Source: Bacteroidota bacterium (GTDB taxonomy: Bacteria > Bacteroidota > Rhodothermia > Rhodothermales > JANQRZ01). From it: a DNA stretch of 64,000 nt. Shown in pieces: positions 10,898 to 19,777 of this stretch. The number at the start of each line of letters is the position of its first letter. Position 1 is the stretch's first letter. The DNA is taken from contig JBCDKT010000011.1 in assembly GCA_038746285.1 (NCBI GenBank), positions 19,431 to 83,430 of the forward strand, written 5' to 3'. The translations under genes were made by a program, and so were the position numbers. The notes under the pieces were generated by a model. The model was not told where the DNA came from and ran no database searches. It was given only the letters and a program-made list of their open reading frames with translations.

Positions 10898-11886
10898 ACC
10901 CCCCTATTAGGATCCGAGGCGCGGGACTTTGGCAGGCGGCCGAGGAGCTTGGCGGCGGTGACGGCGACGACGAGCGAGACGCCGGTCGTGATGATGATGG
11001 CGAAGATGAGCTGGTTGATCTGAAGCCCCATCAGCGCGAGGAGCAGCACCGGCGGGACGAGCTGGACGCTCGCCGTGTTGATGGCGAGGAGCATCACCAT
11101 CGGGTTGGTCGCCGTGTCGTCGGTCGGGTTGAGCGACTGCAACTCCTCCATGGCTTTGATGCCGAAGGGCGTAGCGGCATTCCCGAGGCCGAAGACGTTG
11201 GCCGTCATGTTGAGCGCGATCATCCCGAGCGCGGGGTGGTCATCCGGGACCTCGGGGAAGAGCGGCTTGAGGACGGGCCGGACGAGCCGGACGAGGGTGT
11301 AGATGATGCCCGATTCCTCGGCGATTTTGAGGAGGCCGAGGAAGAGCGCGAGCACGCCGATCAGGCTGAGCGCGATGCTCGCCGCCGTCTCGGCAAAGTC
11401 GAGCGCCGCTGCCGCGATCGCGTTCATCTTGACGAACCGCACGGGCTCGAAGGCGAGGGTGGCTTCGGCGGTCGCGGCACCGGCCGGAGCGTCGAAGGCG
11501 ACGGCCCCCTGGAGCTGCTCGTTGCGGCTGTTCGTCACGTCGCGGATCGTGGCGAGCGGCTCGGGGAGCGCGGCGCCCTGGTCGAAGCGGAGCTGCGTGC
11601 CGTCGTTCGTGCGGATGAGGGTCGCGTCGTAGCGCGCCTCGGGCCGGGCGTCGGTGGCGTAGAAGTCGCCGTAGGCGTCGGGATCGAGACGGACCTCGAC
11701 GGCCGTGCGGCGCGCCTCGGCGTCGTAGCCGTCCGGGAAGGCGAGCGTCAGCGGGAGGGTCGCGTCGTTTCGGTACGTGTTGCGCGCGAGGTCGCGGACG
11801 TCGTGGAACAGCGCGAAGGCGAAGCTGAAGACGATCAACCCGGCCCAGATGTAGTTCAGCATAGCGAGGTGGAGAGGCGGAGCCAC
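10852..11886 (-). CDS. Nucleoside-recognition (Gate) domain membrane protein, SpmA-like, with a ~130-aa soluble insert
   Basis: MLNYIWAGLIVFSFAF... and ...GNAATPFGIKAMEELQ...MVMLLAINTASVQLVPP are typical of SpmA. The plus ORF 10834..11889 is its shadow. Confidence 0.75.
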   Translation of the reverse strand: MAPPLHLAMLNYIWAGLIVFSFAFALFHDVRDLARNTYRNDATLPLTLAFPDGYDAEARRTAVEVRLDPDAYGDFYATDARPEARYDATLIRTNDGTQLRFDQGAALPEPLATIRDVTNSRNEQLQGAVAFDAPAGAATAEATLAFEPVRFVKMNAIAAAALDFAETAASIALSLIGVLALFLGLLKIAEESGIIYTLVRLVRPVLKPLFPEVPDDHPALGMIALNMTANVFGLGNAATPFGIKAMEELQSLNPTDDTATNPMVMLLAINTASVQLVPPVLLLALMGLQINQLIFAIIITTGVSLVVAVTAAKLLGRLPKSRASDPNRGVRAEERKSGREDSDL

Positions 11887-11965
11887 TAACTACGCCTGCC
11901 GCCCTCCGTCCCGCAAGCCCGAGGCGCGGTATCTTTTCGGCTCACCCCAACCTGCTCCGACTGCC

Positions 11966-12649
11966 ATGAAACTCATCCCGCTCCTCGCGCTCCTGCTCGC
12001 CGCGCCCGCTGCCGCGCAGACCTACTCCGGCACCCTCGAAGACGGTGACCCGGTCCGCGACTTCGGTGAACTCTACGACGCCTACACCTTCGAGGCGCAG
12101 GAGGGGCAGGAGGTGGTCGTCCGCCTCGACGGTCGCGCCGGGCTCGACACCTACCTCATCGTGCGCTCGCCCTCTGGCGCGGAGTGGAACAACGACGACT
12201 TCGAGGGCGCGAGCGTGTCTCAGGTGAGCCTCGTCGCGGGCGAGGCCGGGACGTGGGACGTGTGGGCGTCCGGCTTCAACAACGCCCAGCGCGGAGCCTA
12301 CGACCTCACTGTCACGCTTGGTGGCATCGCCGAGGTCACGACCGTCCAGGGCCGCCTCGACCCGAGCGACCGTCAGAGCATCAAAGGCGAGTATGTGGAC
12401 ACATTCGCGATTGACGCCCCCACATCGGGCCGCTTCTCGGTCGAGCTCCTGTGCTACGGCTTCGACGGCTACCTCCGCGTCACCTCACCGAGCGGCCAGC
12501 GCTGGCGCAACGACGACGCCGGCTCGACGGACGTCTCCCGGATCGAGAACCTCGTCGGCGCGCCCGGCGAGTGGACGGTGGACATCACGACCTCCTTCGC
12601 GGACGAGGTCGGGGCCTACGACCTCCGCGTGCTCAGCTTCCCTGAGTGA
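11966..12649 (+). CDS. Secreted protein with two pre-peptidase C-terminal (PPC)-like domains
   Basis: Signal peptide MKLIPLLALLLAAPAAAQ. Two repeats follow the pattern G(T/R)L..(G/S)D...Y..F...G..V.V.L......D.YL.V.SPSG..W.NDD. Confidence 0.6.
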   Translation: MKLIPLLALLLAAPAAAQTYSGTLEDGDPVRDFGELYDAYTFEAQEGQEVVVRLDGRAGLDTYLIVRSPSGAEWNNDDFEGASVSQVSLVAGEAGTWDVWASGFNNAQRGAYDLTVTLGGIAEVTTVQGRLDPSDRQSIKGEYVDTFAIDAPTSGRFSVELLCYGFDGYLRVTSPSGQRWRNDDAGSTDVSRIENLVGAPGEWTVDITTSFADEVGAYDLRVLSFPE

Positions 12650-12686
12650 CGCTGTCTGAGTCCGCAGCGCGCACCCCACCGTCGTA

Positions 12687-12708
12687 GGGGCGTACGGCCG
12701 TACGCCCC
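12687..12708. terminator. Perfect 10-bp-stem palindrome between convergent genes (possible bidirectional terminator)
   Basis: GGGGCGTACG-GC-CGTACGCCCC lies between the stop of 11966..12649 (+) and the stop of 12740..13471 (-). There is no clear U-tract. Confidence 0.4.
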
Positions 12709-12739
12709 CGCAGCGGTTGAGACAGGCAGCCTGCGTTGG

Positions 12740-13471
12740 CTAGCGGTAGTCCGGGTTCTCGTAGTCGAACCGGCAGCCGGCCTCCCAGAGCGAGCGCTGG
12801 TTGCCGTGCGCCGGGATGCCGCCGGCGTCCTTGAGCAGCCGGGCGAGGTGGAGGAGGTTCCACGCGGCAAACGTCGTGTTGCGCTGCGTGAAGTCGTTGT
12901 CGATCCCGACCGGCTGGCCGTCGTCCCCCTCGTCGCCGTAGCTCGCCCCCGGCCCGGCCTCGCCGATCCAGCCGGCGTCGGCCTGGGGCGGGATCGTGTA
13001 GCCGAGGTGCTGGAGGCTGTAGAGCACCCCCATCCCGACGTGCTTGATACCGTCCTCGTTGCCGGTGACGATGCAGCCGCCGACCTTGCCGTAGTAGGCG
13101 TACTGCCCGTGCTCGTTGAGCTGGCTCGACATGCCGTAGAGCCGCTCGATGAGCTTCTGGCAGACGCTCGACTTCTCCCCGAGCCAGATCGGCGTGCCGA
13201 CGACGAGGATGTCGGCCGCCTGGACCTGCTCGTAGATCGCGGGCCACGCGTCCGCCGGTGCGCCGTGCTCCGTCATGTCGGCGTAGACGCCCTCGGCGAC
13301 GGCGTGGTCGACGAAGCGCACGGACTCGACCGTGGCTCCGTTCTCGCGGAAGATGTGGCGGACCACGTCGAGGAGCGTGTCCGTGTGCGAAGGCCGGGGC
13401 GAGCGCTTGAGCGTGCAGTTGACCACGAGGGCGCGGAGGTCGTCGTAGGAGGCGGGGGGCGTTGTGCTCAT
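12740..13471 (-). CDS. Flavodoxin-like fold NAD(P)H-dependent FMN reductase family protein
   Basis: LVVNCTLKRSP...ADILVVGTPIWLGEKSSVCQKLIERL...GKVGGCIVTGNEDG is the characteristic pattern. Confidence 0.7.
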   Translation of the reverse strand: MSTTPPASYDDLRALVVNCTLKRSPRPSHTDTLLDVVRHIFRENGATVESVRFVDHAVAEGVYADMTEHGAPADAWPAIYEQVQAADILVVGTPIWLGEKSSVCQKLIERLYGMSSQLNEHGQYAYYGKVGGCIVTGNEDGIKHVGMGVLYSLQHLGYTIPPQADAGWIGEAGPGASYGDEGDDGQPVGIDNDFTQRNTTFAAWNLLHLARLLKDAGGIPAHGNQRSLWEAGCRFDYENPDYR

Positions 13472-13568
13472 CGGGTTGGTGTCATCGGTTGGAAGGAGAT
13501 GGCCTAGCAGCAGCTAGGCAGGCAGGATACGCCCCGCGTGGCGTTCGCCGTCGGCCGGGTCGCGGCGG

Positions 13569-13838
13569 CTACTGGCGCTTGAGCAGGTTGTCATAGTCAG
13601 CGTGCGACCCGGCCCAGAACCAGACGACGAGGTTACCGTCGCGCTGTCCCACCGCCCGATACCCCTTCGAGATGCGCGCTGAATAGATAGGATCCCTCGC
13701 GTGGACACGCTTGAACCGAAGGCTCTTGTGGTACGGATCCCGCCGGAATTGCCGGTACGCCGCTTGCGCTTGCTCCTGTACCTCCTCCGGCAGCGCCGCG
13801 AGCCGCTTCCGAAACTGCGCTGTCGTTTTCGACCGCAC
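13569..13838 (-). CDS. Type II toxin, RelE/ParE superfamily
   Basis: 89 aa with a GTG start. F.KRLAALPEEVQ...HKSLRFKRV....IYSARISKGYRAVG.....VVWFWAGSHADYDNLL is the typical ParE/RelE-like pattern. Its start overlaps the antitoxin stop by 1 nt. Confidence 0.7.
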   Translation of the reverse strand: MRSKTTAQFRKRLAALPEEVQEQAQAAYRQFRRDPYHKSLRFKRVHARDPIYSARISKGYRAVGQRDGNLVVWFWAGSHADYDNLLKRQ

Positions 13839-14068
13839 TACGCGTCATGCCCGAGCGTGTCCGGGTCGAGGTCCCGCGTTTCTCCGGCGCGGTGCTCCTC
13901 CATGGCCTCGGCTGCCATCTGCGAGAGAAGGTCTTGGGAGCCGGCAAAGGCTGCATCCCACCGCGCCTCGTCTTCGATCTCTTCCAGCAGGAGCGTAGCG
14001 AGGGCGTCCTGCTGCTCGTCGGTCAGTTCGGCTGCCCTGGCGACGGCTTTTTCCAGTAGGGTAGTCAT
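13838..14068 (-). CDS. Cognate antitoxin (acidic, 76 aa)
   Basis: MTTLLEKAVARAAELTDEQQDALATLLLEEIEDEARWD... It lies directly upstream of the toxin and is translationally coupled to it (TAGTG overlap). I chose the internal ATG 14068 of ORF 13838..14128. Confidence 0.6.
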   Translation of the reverse strand: MTTLLEKAVARAAELTDEQQDALATLLLEEIEDEARWDAAFAGSQDLLSQMAAEAMEEHRAGETRDLDPDTLGHDA

Positions 14069-14159
14069 CGGGGTCTGTCGGTGAAGTGAGGCGCGTGGAA
14101 ACGCAAGAGCGAGTATCTGAGTTCGCAACGCAGCGGCAGGGGGCGTCAGGATTTCGTGG

Positions 14160-16079
14160 TTACGGCACGTCGCCCACGGGAGGAGGACCGGCCGCGAGAA
14201 GGTTGGATTCGACCGCTGGGGCGTCGGGCGTGGCCTTGCCCTGCTGGGTGCGGAAGTAGCCGTGGACCCTGCTCGCCACGCTCGGGCCGACGACCTCGGC
14301 GAGGTCCGACTCGCTCGCCGTCCCGACGCGCTTGACGGAGCCGAAGGCGGTGAGCAGCTTGCGCGCCGTCTTCGCGCCGACGCCCTCGATCTCCAGCAGT
14401 TCGGTGTGAAGGTTGGTCTTCGTGCGCTGCTTGCGCTGGGCGGTGATGGCGAAGCGGTGGGCCTCGTCGCGCACGCGCTGGAGGAGCCGGAGCGCGGACG
14501 AGGTGCGCGGGATCATGATCGGCTGGCTGTCGCCGGGGACGAAGACCTCCTCGAGCCGCTTGGCGATTCCGACGACGGCGAACTTGCCGTACACCTCGAC
14601 CGCCCGCAGCGACTCGACCGCCGACGAGAGCTGGCCCTTGCCGCCGTCGATCACGACGAGGTCGGGCCACGGGCCGTTCTCCTCCAGCGTCCGCCGGTAG
14701 CGCCGCTGGATGACCTCGCGCATGCTCTGGAAGTCGTCGGGCTTGCCGCTCTCGACCGTCCGAATCTTGAACGTCCGGTAGTCCGACTTCTTTGGCTTGC
14801 CGTTCTCGAAGACGACGCAGCTTGCCACCGTCCCCGTCCCGCCGAGGTGAGAGACGTCGAAGCACTCGATCCGGCGGGGGAGGTGCTTGAGCCGGAGGTC
14901 GCGCTGGAGCGACTGCACGGAGCGGGGGACGCGGTCGGCGTCGGCTTTGGCCTTCTGGAGGCTCCACTCGCCGAGGAGGAGCCGGGCGTTGGCCTCGACC
15001 ATCCGCAGCAGGCCCGCCTTGTCGCCGCGCTCGGGGACGCGGAGGTCGACGATCCGCCCGCGTCCCTCGCGGACGACGGCTTCGAGCGGCTCCGGGTCGG
15101 AGGGCGCATGGCTCAGCAGGACTTCGTCGGGGAAGAACGTCGCGTCGGTGTAGTGGTCTTCGAGGAGGCGCTGCATCAGCTCGGCCTCTTCGATCCCCTC
15201 GACGGGCCGGAGGACCTTGTGGCGACGCCCGATGATCGTGCCCTCGCGCATCTTGAACAGCACTCCGATCCCGACGTCCTCCTCGCGGTCGAGCGCGAGC
15301 GCGAACAGGTCGCGGTCAGCCCCGTCCTCGGCTACGATCTTCTGCTTCGACGAGTACGCTTCGAGCGCGCCGATGCGGTCGCGGTAGGTGGCAGCCTCCT
15401 CGTAGCGCTTGGCGGCGGCGAGCTGCATCATCTCGTCCTTCAGGAGCGCGATCAGCTCCTTCGTCTTGCCGTTGAGGAGCTTCTCGATCTGGCGGATGGT
15501 GGCGTTGTACTGCTCCTCGGCCTCGTAGCCGACGCACGGCGCAGCGCAGCGCTGAATGTGGTAGTCGAGGCACGGCTCGAACTTGCCCGCCTCGATGTTG
15601 CCCTCGGAGAGGTAGAGCGAGCAGCTTCGGAGCTGGAAGAGGTCCTTGATCGTCTTGAGCATCACCTTCATGCTCTTGACGTCGGTGTACGGCCCGAAGT
15701 ACTTGCTGCCGTCCTTGCGGACCTTGCGGGTCGGGAAGACGCGCGGGAAGCGCTCGTTCTTGATGCAGATGTAGGGGTACGACTTGTCGTCCTTGAGGAG
15801 GATGTTGTAGCGCGGCTTGAGGCGCTTGATGAGGTTGTTCTCCAGGATCAGCGCCTCGGCCTCGGTGTCGGTGACGATGATCTCGACGTCCGCGATCTTG
15901 GAGACGAGGATGCGGAGGCGCTTGTCCCGGGGGCGCGATTCCTGGAAGTAGCTGCGGACCCGGTTGCGGAGGTTCTTCGCCTTGCCGACGTAGAGCACCG
16001 TCCCCTCGGCGTCTTTGTGCTGGTAGACGCCGGGGTCGGTCGGGAGGTGCTTGAGCTTCTGAGCGAGCGCGTCGGTCAT
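14160..16079 (-). CDS. uvrC: Excinuclease ABC subunit C
   Basis: GIY-YIG N-terminus (PGVYQHKDAEGTVLYVGKAKNLRNRVRSYF), a UVR domain, an endonuclease domain and C-terminal HhH (LLEIEGVGAKTARKLL). The start is taken at MTDALAQKL (16079). Confidence 0.93.
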   Translation of the reverse strand: MTDALAQKLKHLPTDPGVYQHKDAEGTVLYVGKAKNLRNRVRSYFQESRPRDKRLRILVSKIADVEIIVTDTEAEALILENNLIKRLKPRYNILLKDDKSYPYICIKNERFPRVFPTRKVRKDGSKYFGPYTDVKSMKVMLKTIKDLFQLRSCSLYLSEGNIEAGKFEPCLDYHIQRCAAPCVGYEAEEQYNATIRQIEKLLNGKTKELIALLKDEMMQLAAAKRYEEAATYRDRIGALEAYSSKQKIVAEDGADRDLFALALDREEDVGIGVLFKMREGTIIGRRHKVLRPVEGIEEAELMQRLLEDHYTDATFFPDEVLLSHAPSDPEPLEAVVREGRGRIVDLRVPERGDKAGLLRMVEANARLLLGEWSLQKAKADADRVPRSVQSLQRDLRLKHLPRRIECFDVSHLGGTGTVASCVVFENGKPKKSDYRTFKIRTVESGKPDDFQSMREVIQRRYRRTLEENGPWPDLVVIDGGKGQLSSAVESLRAVEVYGKFAVVGIAKRLEEVFVPGDSQPIMIPRTSSALRLLQRVRDEAHRFAITAQRKQRTKTNLHTELLEIEGVGAKTARKLLTAFGSVKRVGTASESDLAEVVGPSVASRVHGYFRTQQGKATPDAPAVESNLLAAGPPPVGDVP

Positions 16080-16149
16080 CAGGCGAAGGGCAGAGGGGAG
16101 GGTAGTACGCCCGAGACCGAAGCTCGTGCCCGAGGCTGCCAACGCGGTG

Positions 16150-16740
16150 TCACGCCGGGTCGCGCTGCATCGCCCAGTGGTCGGGGCCGTGGGGAAGCTC
16201 GACCGTCCCGGTTACGCGGAACCCGTGGCGCTCGTAGAAGGCGACGTTCCGCTCGGTCCCGGTTTCGAGGTAGACCGGAAGCCCATCGCTGTCGGCGCGC
16301 TCCAGCCCTGCCCGGAGCAGCGCGCTGCCGACGCCCTGACCCTGCGCCTCCGGGGCGGTGGCGAGCAGGCCGAGGTAGTGCACCGGCTCGTCGGGGAAGG
16401 CAGCCTCAAAGGCGGCATAGTCGCGGAGCGTGACGAGAAACCGCCGCCAGCCGACCGCCCGGAAGATCGTCGGGACGAGGAGACGTTCGCGCCAGCCGAG
16501 GGAGTCGGCCTGGTCCGGCGGAAGCCATAGCGCGACCCCGTCCACCGCGCCCGTGGTCTCGGCGGTGCCGACGGCGAGGTAGATGCGGCGGAGGTAGGCC
16601 GCGAACTCGATCCGCAGACCCCGGCGGCGACGCTCCGGATCGGGGTAGAGGTGTGTGAAGAGCGGATCGTGGTGGAATGCGTCGGCGGCGAGGGCGGCGG
16701 CGCGAGGCACCTCAGAAGGAAGCAGCGGGCGCGTAGTCAT
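16150..16740 (-). CDS. GNAT family N-acetyltransferase
   Basis: YLGLLATAPEAQGQGVGSALLRAGLERADSDGLPVYLETGTERNVAFYERHGF, which is acetyl-CoA-binding motif A. Confidence 0.8.
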   Translation of the reverse strand: MTTRPLLPSEVPRAAALAADAFHHDPLFTHLYPDPERRRRGLRIEFAAYLRRIYLAVGTAETTGAVDGVALWLPPDQADSLGWRERLLVPTIFRAVGWRRFLVTLRDYAAFEAAFPDEPVHYLGLLATAPEAQGQGVGSALLRAGLERADSDGLPVYLETGTERNVAFYERHGFRVTGTVELPHGPDHWAMQRDPA

Positions 16741-16816
16741 GGGGCCTGAGCAGGGAACGTCTAGGATGCGAGCGGACGAGGCGCAGATTCAGCACGGGCC
16801 AGGAACATAGCTCGGC

Positions 16817-17575
16817 ATGTCAGTTAGGATGTCCCTTGTTACCTATATGTTATCAATGTCTGATCTGTCTCGTATGCCGCTTCGTCGTCAGCTACCTGCT
16901 TTGCTCAAAGCGCTCGGCGTCGTCTATCTGCCGCTCGGCCTCCTCCTCGCACTCATCGGGGTGGTCGGGTATACCACGGAGACGATCCACATCGCTCATC
17001 TGACGCGCGATCCGGCGGCCGTAGCGAAGATGTCATCGTTCACCGGGGTGGTGTCCAACGTAGGTGTTTTGCTCTGGACTGTCACGGCTGCTACGTGTTT
17101 GTTTACGGCACGGACGCTGTGGCGCGTTCCAGCGGAGCGCATGTGGGCAGGGCTGCTACTGAGCGCAGGGTGCCTCACGGTGCTGCTGACCGTGGACGAT
17201 TTGTTCATGCTGCACGACGGCGTGATACAGCGTTATCTCCGCCTTCCCGGTAAGGTGCTCTATGCCGTCTACGGCCTCTCGGTGATTGCTGGGACGGTCG
17301 CCTACGGCCGGACGATCCTGGAGAGCAATTACGTTTTGCTGGTTTTGGCGATCGCCTGCCTGGCCGCGTCGGTCGGTGTGGACGCGCTCGCCGACGGCAG
17401 CGGCATGAGGACCGTGCTGGGGTCGCGCGGCCTGGTCTATCTCCTGGAGGACGGGTTCAAGCTGCTCGGCATTGGAGGGTGGGCGAGCTACTTCGTGGGG
17501 ACGTGCTATGCCTCGGTCGTTCGCACCCAGCGCGTGGATCTACGTGCAGACCTGGTGCGCTCACACGTCGCGTAA
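16817..17575 (+). CDS. Hypothetical polytopic membrane protein (lower-GC gene)
   Basis: There are about six hydrophobic segments and no motif I recognise. The start is uncertain (16817 or a downstream ATG). Confidence 0.45.
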   Translation: MSVRMSLVTYMLSMSDLSRMPLRRQLPALLKALGVVYLPLGLLLALIGVVGYTTETIHIAHLTRDPAAVAKMSSFTGVVSNVGVLLWTVTAATCLFTARTLWRVPAERMWAGLLLSAGCLTVLLTVDDLFMLHDGVIQRYLRLPGKVLYAVYGLSVIAGTVAYGRTILESNYVLLVLAIACLAASVGVDALADGSGMRTVLGSRGLVYLLEDGFKLLGIGGWASYFVGTCYASVVRTQRVDLRADLVRSHVA

Positions 17576-18721
17576 GAACCCGGTCACGAGCGCGGCGAAG
17601 CGCTCGGGGTCGACGCCCTGGATCGGGTGGTCGAGACCGGGGTGGACGGCGAGGCGGGCGTCGGGGAGCGCACGCCAGAGGCCGAGGGCGTGCTCGAGGC
17701 GGAAGTAGCGGTCGGCGTCGCCCGCAGAGACGAGCGTCGGCGCGGCAATGCGGGTTAGCTCGTCGTCGGGGAGGTAGTGATCGGGAAGCGCCTCGGTGAA
17801 CGCGATCATCCGCCGGACGAGGTCTTGCCAGTCGTCGCCGTGGGTCTCGGCGAGACGCTCGGCCCAGCGCGGGGCGTCGCCCGCGAGCGGACTCGCCATC
17901 GCGCCGGTCATCGTCTCGACCTCGCCTGCGTCCCACTGCACGTTCATCCCGTGAACCACGAGCCGGTCGACGCGCTCCGGGTGGCGGAGCGCGAGGTGGA
18001 GCGCGGCCGAGCCGCCCATCGAGAACCCGAAGACGTGCGCCCGCTCGATGCCGGCTGCGTCGAGCACGGCCGGGACGGCCTCGGCGAAGAAGGCCAGCGT
18101 CAGTTCTTCCCTGTCGAACGCACTCGACCGGCCGTGCGAGGCGAAGTCCACAGCGATCGTCTTAAAGTGCCGGTCGAAGTACGGAAGGAGCCGTCGGGTC
18201 TCCAGTTCGGTCGAGCCGAGGGCGGCGTGGAGGACGACGAGCGGCGGCCCGCCGGCTTGCCCGCCGGGGTAGTACGCGATCTGCCCGCCGCGGAGCGGAG
18301 CGAAGGCGGGTTCGAGCGGCTCGGGTGTCCGCTGGCAGAACTCAACGAGGACGCCGCCGGTGTCTTTCGGGTGCACAAAGACGATCAGCTTCTCGTCGGC
18401 CCCGCGCCTCGGCTCGTCGCTCAGGAGGCGGAAGCCCTCGCTGCGGAGGTGCTCCATCGTCGCCCGGAGGTCGCGTACCTCGAAGGCGAGGTGGTGCAGC
18501 CCCGCGCCGCGCTTCTCCAGGTGCCGGGCAACTGGCGAGTCGGGCCGCGTCGCCCGGAGCAGTTCCAGCTTGGCCCCGCCGGCGTCGAGAAAGATCGTCT
18601 CCACCCCCTGCTCTTCGACGACCTCACGCTTGTAGGGCGCATACCCGAAAAGACGTTCGTAGAGGGCGACGGCGGCCTCGGCATCGCGGACGGCAACGCC
18701 CAGGTGTTCGAGTCGAGGCAT
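17561..18721 (-). CDS. Methylmalonyl-CoA epimerase (VOC/glyoxalase fold) fused to an alpha/beta-hydrolase domain
   Basis: N-terminus is MPRLEHLGVAVRDAEAAVALYERLFG...GLHHLAFEV...GGVLVEFCQ (Mce pattern). C-terminus is VVLHAALGS...VFGFSMGG (nucleophile elbow GxSxG)...HPGLDHP. Confidence 0.75.
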   Translation of the reverse strand: MPRLEHLGVAVRDAEAAVALYERLFGYAPYKREVVEEQGVETIFLDAGGAKLELLRATRPDSPVARHLEKRGAGLHHLAFEVRDLRATMEHLRSEGFRLLSDEPRRGADEKLIVFVHPKDTGGVLVEFCQRTPEPLEPAFAPLRGGQIAYYPGGQAGGPPLVVLHAALGSTELETRRLLPYFDRHFKTIAVDFASHGRSSAFDREELTLAFFAEAVPAVLDAAGIERAHVFGFSMGGSAALHLALRHPERVDRLVVHGMNVQWDAGEVETMTGAMASPLAGDAPRWAERLAETHGDDWQDLVRRMIAFTEALPDHYLPDDELTRIAAPTLVSAGDADRYFRLEHALGLWRALPDARLAVHPGLDHPIQGVDPERFAALVTGFLRDV

Positions 18722-18724
18722 GGC

Positions 18725-18820
18725 AGGGGCGGAAGCGGGGAAGAACGAAAGAGCGAAAGGATAGCACCGCGACGGGTCTTGAAATCCTCCCCTCTTCCCG
18801 GCCTACGCTCTTCCGGTCTT
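18725..18820. repeat. Purine/pyrimidine inverted-repeat element, third (more diverged) copy
   Basis: AGGGGCGGAAGCGGGGAAGAACGAAAGAGCGAAAGG ... CTCCCCTCTTCCCGGCCTACGCTCTTCCGGTCTT. It is intergenic, between start 18721 and stop 18819. Confidence 0.5.
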
Positions 18821-19634
18821 ATCCCTGCTCCGGGAAGAGCGACTGGAAGCGGTCGGTCATCTGCTCGGCTTCGCGGCGGAGGGCATCGGCCTGGGCCTCG
18901 TTGACGGCGAAGACGCTGAGAATGCCGTCGAGGTGCGCGGCGCGCTCGGGGCCGTGCAGGTGGGCGAGGGTCCAGTACTCGTCGGCCCGGTCCATCGCGT
19001 CGTCGAACTCATCGGGGTCGGTCACGCCTTCGAGCATCGGCTCGGCGAAGAGGGCGCGGGCGTCCGGCTCGCTCAGGCCGTTCGGCCCGTAGGTCCGCTC
19101 GGCGGGCGGGGCGGTCTGCCCGTGGGCGAAAGCCGGGTGCGCGAGGAGCGCGTCGAAGCCGAGCGTGTCGGCCTCCACGGCCTCGGCGAGCCTGTGGTCG
19201 TCCGGCGTGAGCGCGTCCCAGTGGGTCTCGAGCGTGTCGAGGAGCCGGTCGAAGTCGGCCTCGTCCTCGGGTTCGGCGTCCGGGCCAATCAGGAACGCAG
19301 CCAGGTCGGCGTAGCGCCGGGTGCGCTCCTTCGCCGGCAGCGAGAAGTAGGCCCAGAGTACGCGGGCGGCTTCCAGCACGACGACGGTCGTCTCGTCGGC
19401 CTCGTCGGGCTGCGCCATCACCTCGAAGGCCGCTGCCGGGTCGAGGTCGTAGAGGTCGAACAGCGGCTCGGCGAAGAGCGCGAGCGAGGCGAAGCTGAGG
19501 CCGGTCTCGTCCTGTCCGAGGGCGCGCACCTTGCGCTGGTGCTGGACGAAGAACACGTCGGCGTCGGTCATGGCGGAGGCTCCGTCGCCGCCCAGCGATG
19601 CGTAGGCAGGGTCCAGCAGGTTGAGGTCGTGCAT
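18819..19634 (-). CDS. Hypothetical acidic protein
   Basis: 271-aa ORF with coding-like composition and no recognisable motif. Confidence 0.5.
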   Translation of the reverse strand: MHDLNLLDPAYASLGGDGASAMTDADVFFVQHQRKVRALGQDETGLSFASLALFAEPLFDLYDLDPAAAFEVMAQPDEADETTVVVLEAARVLWAYFSLPAKERTRRYADLAAFLIGPDAEPEDEADFDRLLDTLETHWDALTPDDHRLAEAVEADTLGFDALLAHPAFAHGQTAPPAERTYGPNGLSEPDARALFAEPMLEGVTDPDEFDDAMDRADEYWTLAHLHGPERAAHLDGILSVFAVNEAQADALRREAEQMTDRFQSLFPEQG

Positions 19635-19777
19635 GGTGGAGGACAGGTGGGAATGAAGACGCTCCCTACTCCCGATTCCGGCTCTGGGTCCCGCGCTGGA
19701 CGTGAACTTCCCGACACGAGCAACGAACGATGCGTGCCGGACGAGGTACCCGCCCGCCGCTCAGCGCTCGTCGCTCC

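Noticed and set aside
14262-16433. Long shadow ORFs opposite or out of frame to real genes. Examples: 14262..16433 (+), 23543..25588 (-), 27943..30504 (-), 33588..34844 (-), 54..55 kb (+), 57665..59506 (+), 61451..62860 (-), 20267..22012 (+), 21498..22946 (-), 10834..11889 (+).
   Set aside because: Each overlaps a CDS with clear family motifs (uvrC, the NTPase, WS/DGAT, TRAP SBP, M14 peptidase, SDR/LLM, BNR protein, and others). Each also has the Arg/Gly/Pro/Ala-rich low-complexity composition typical of non-coding frames in GC-rich DNA.
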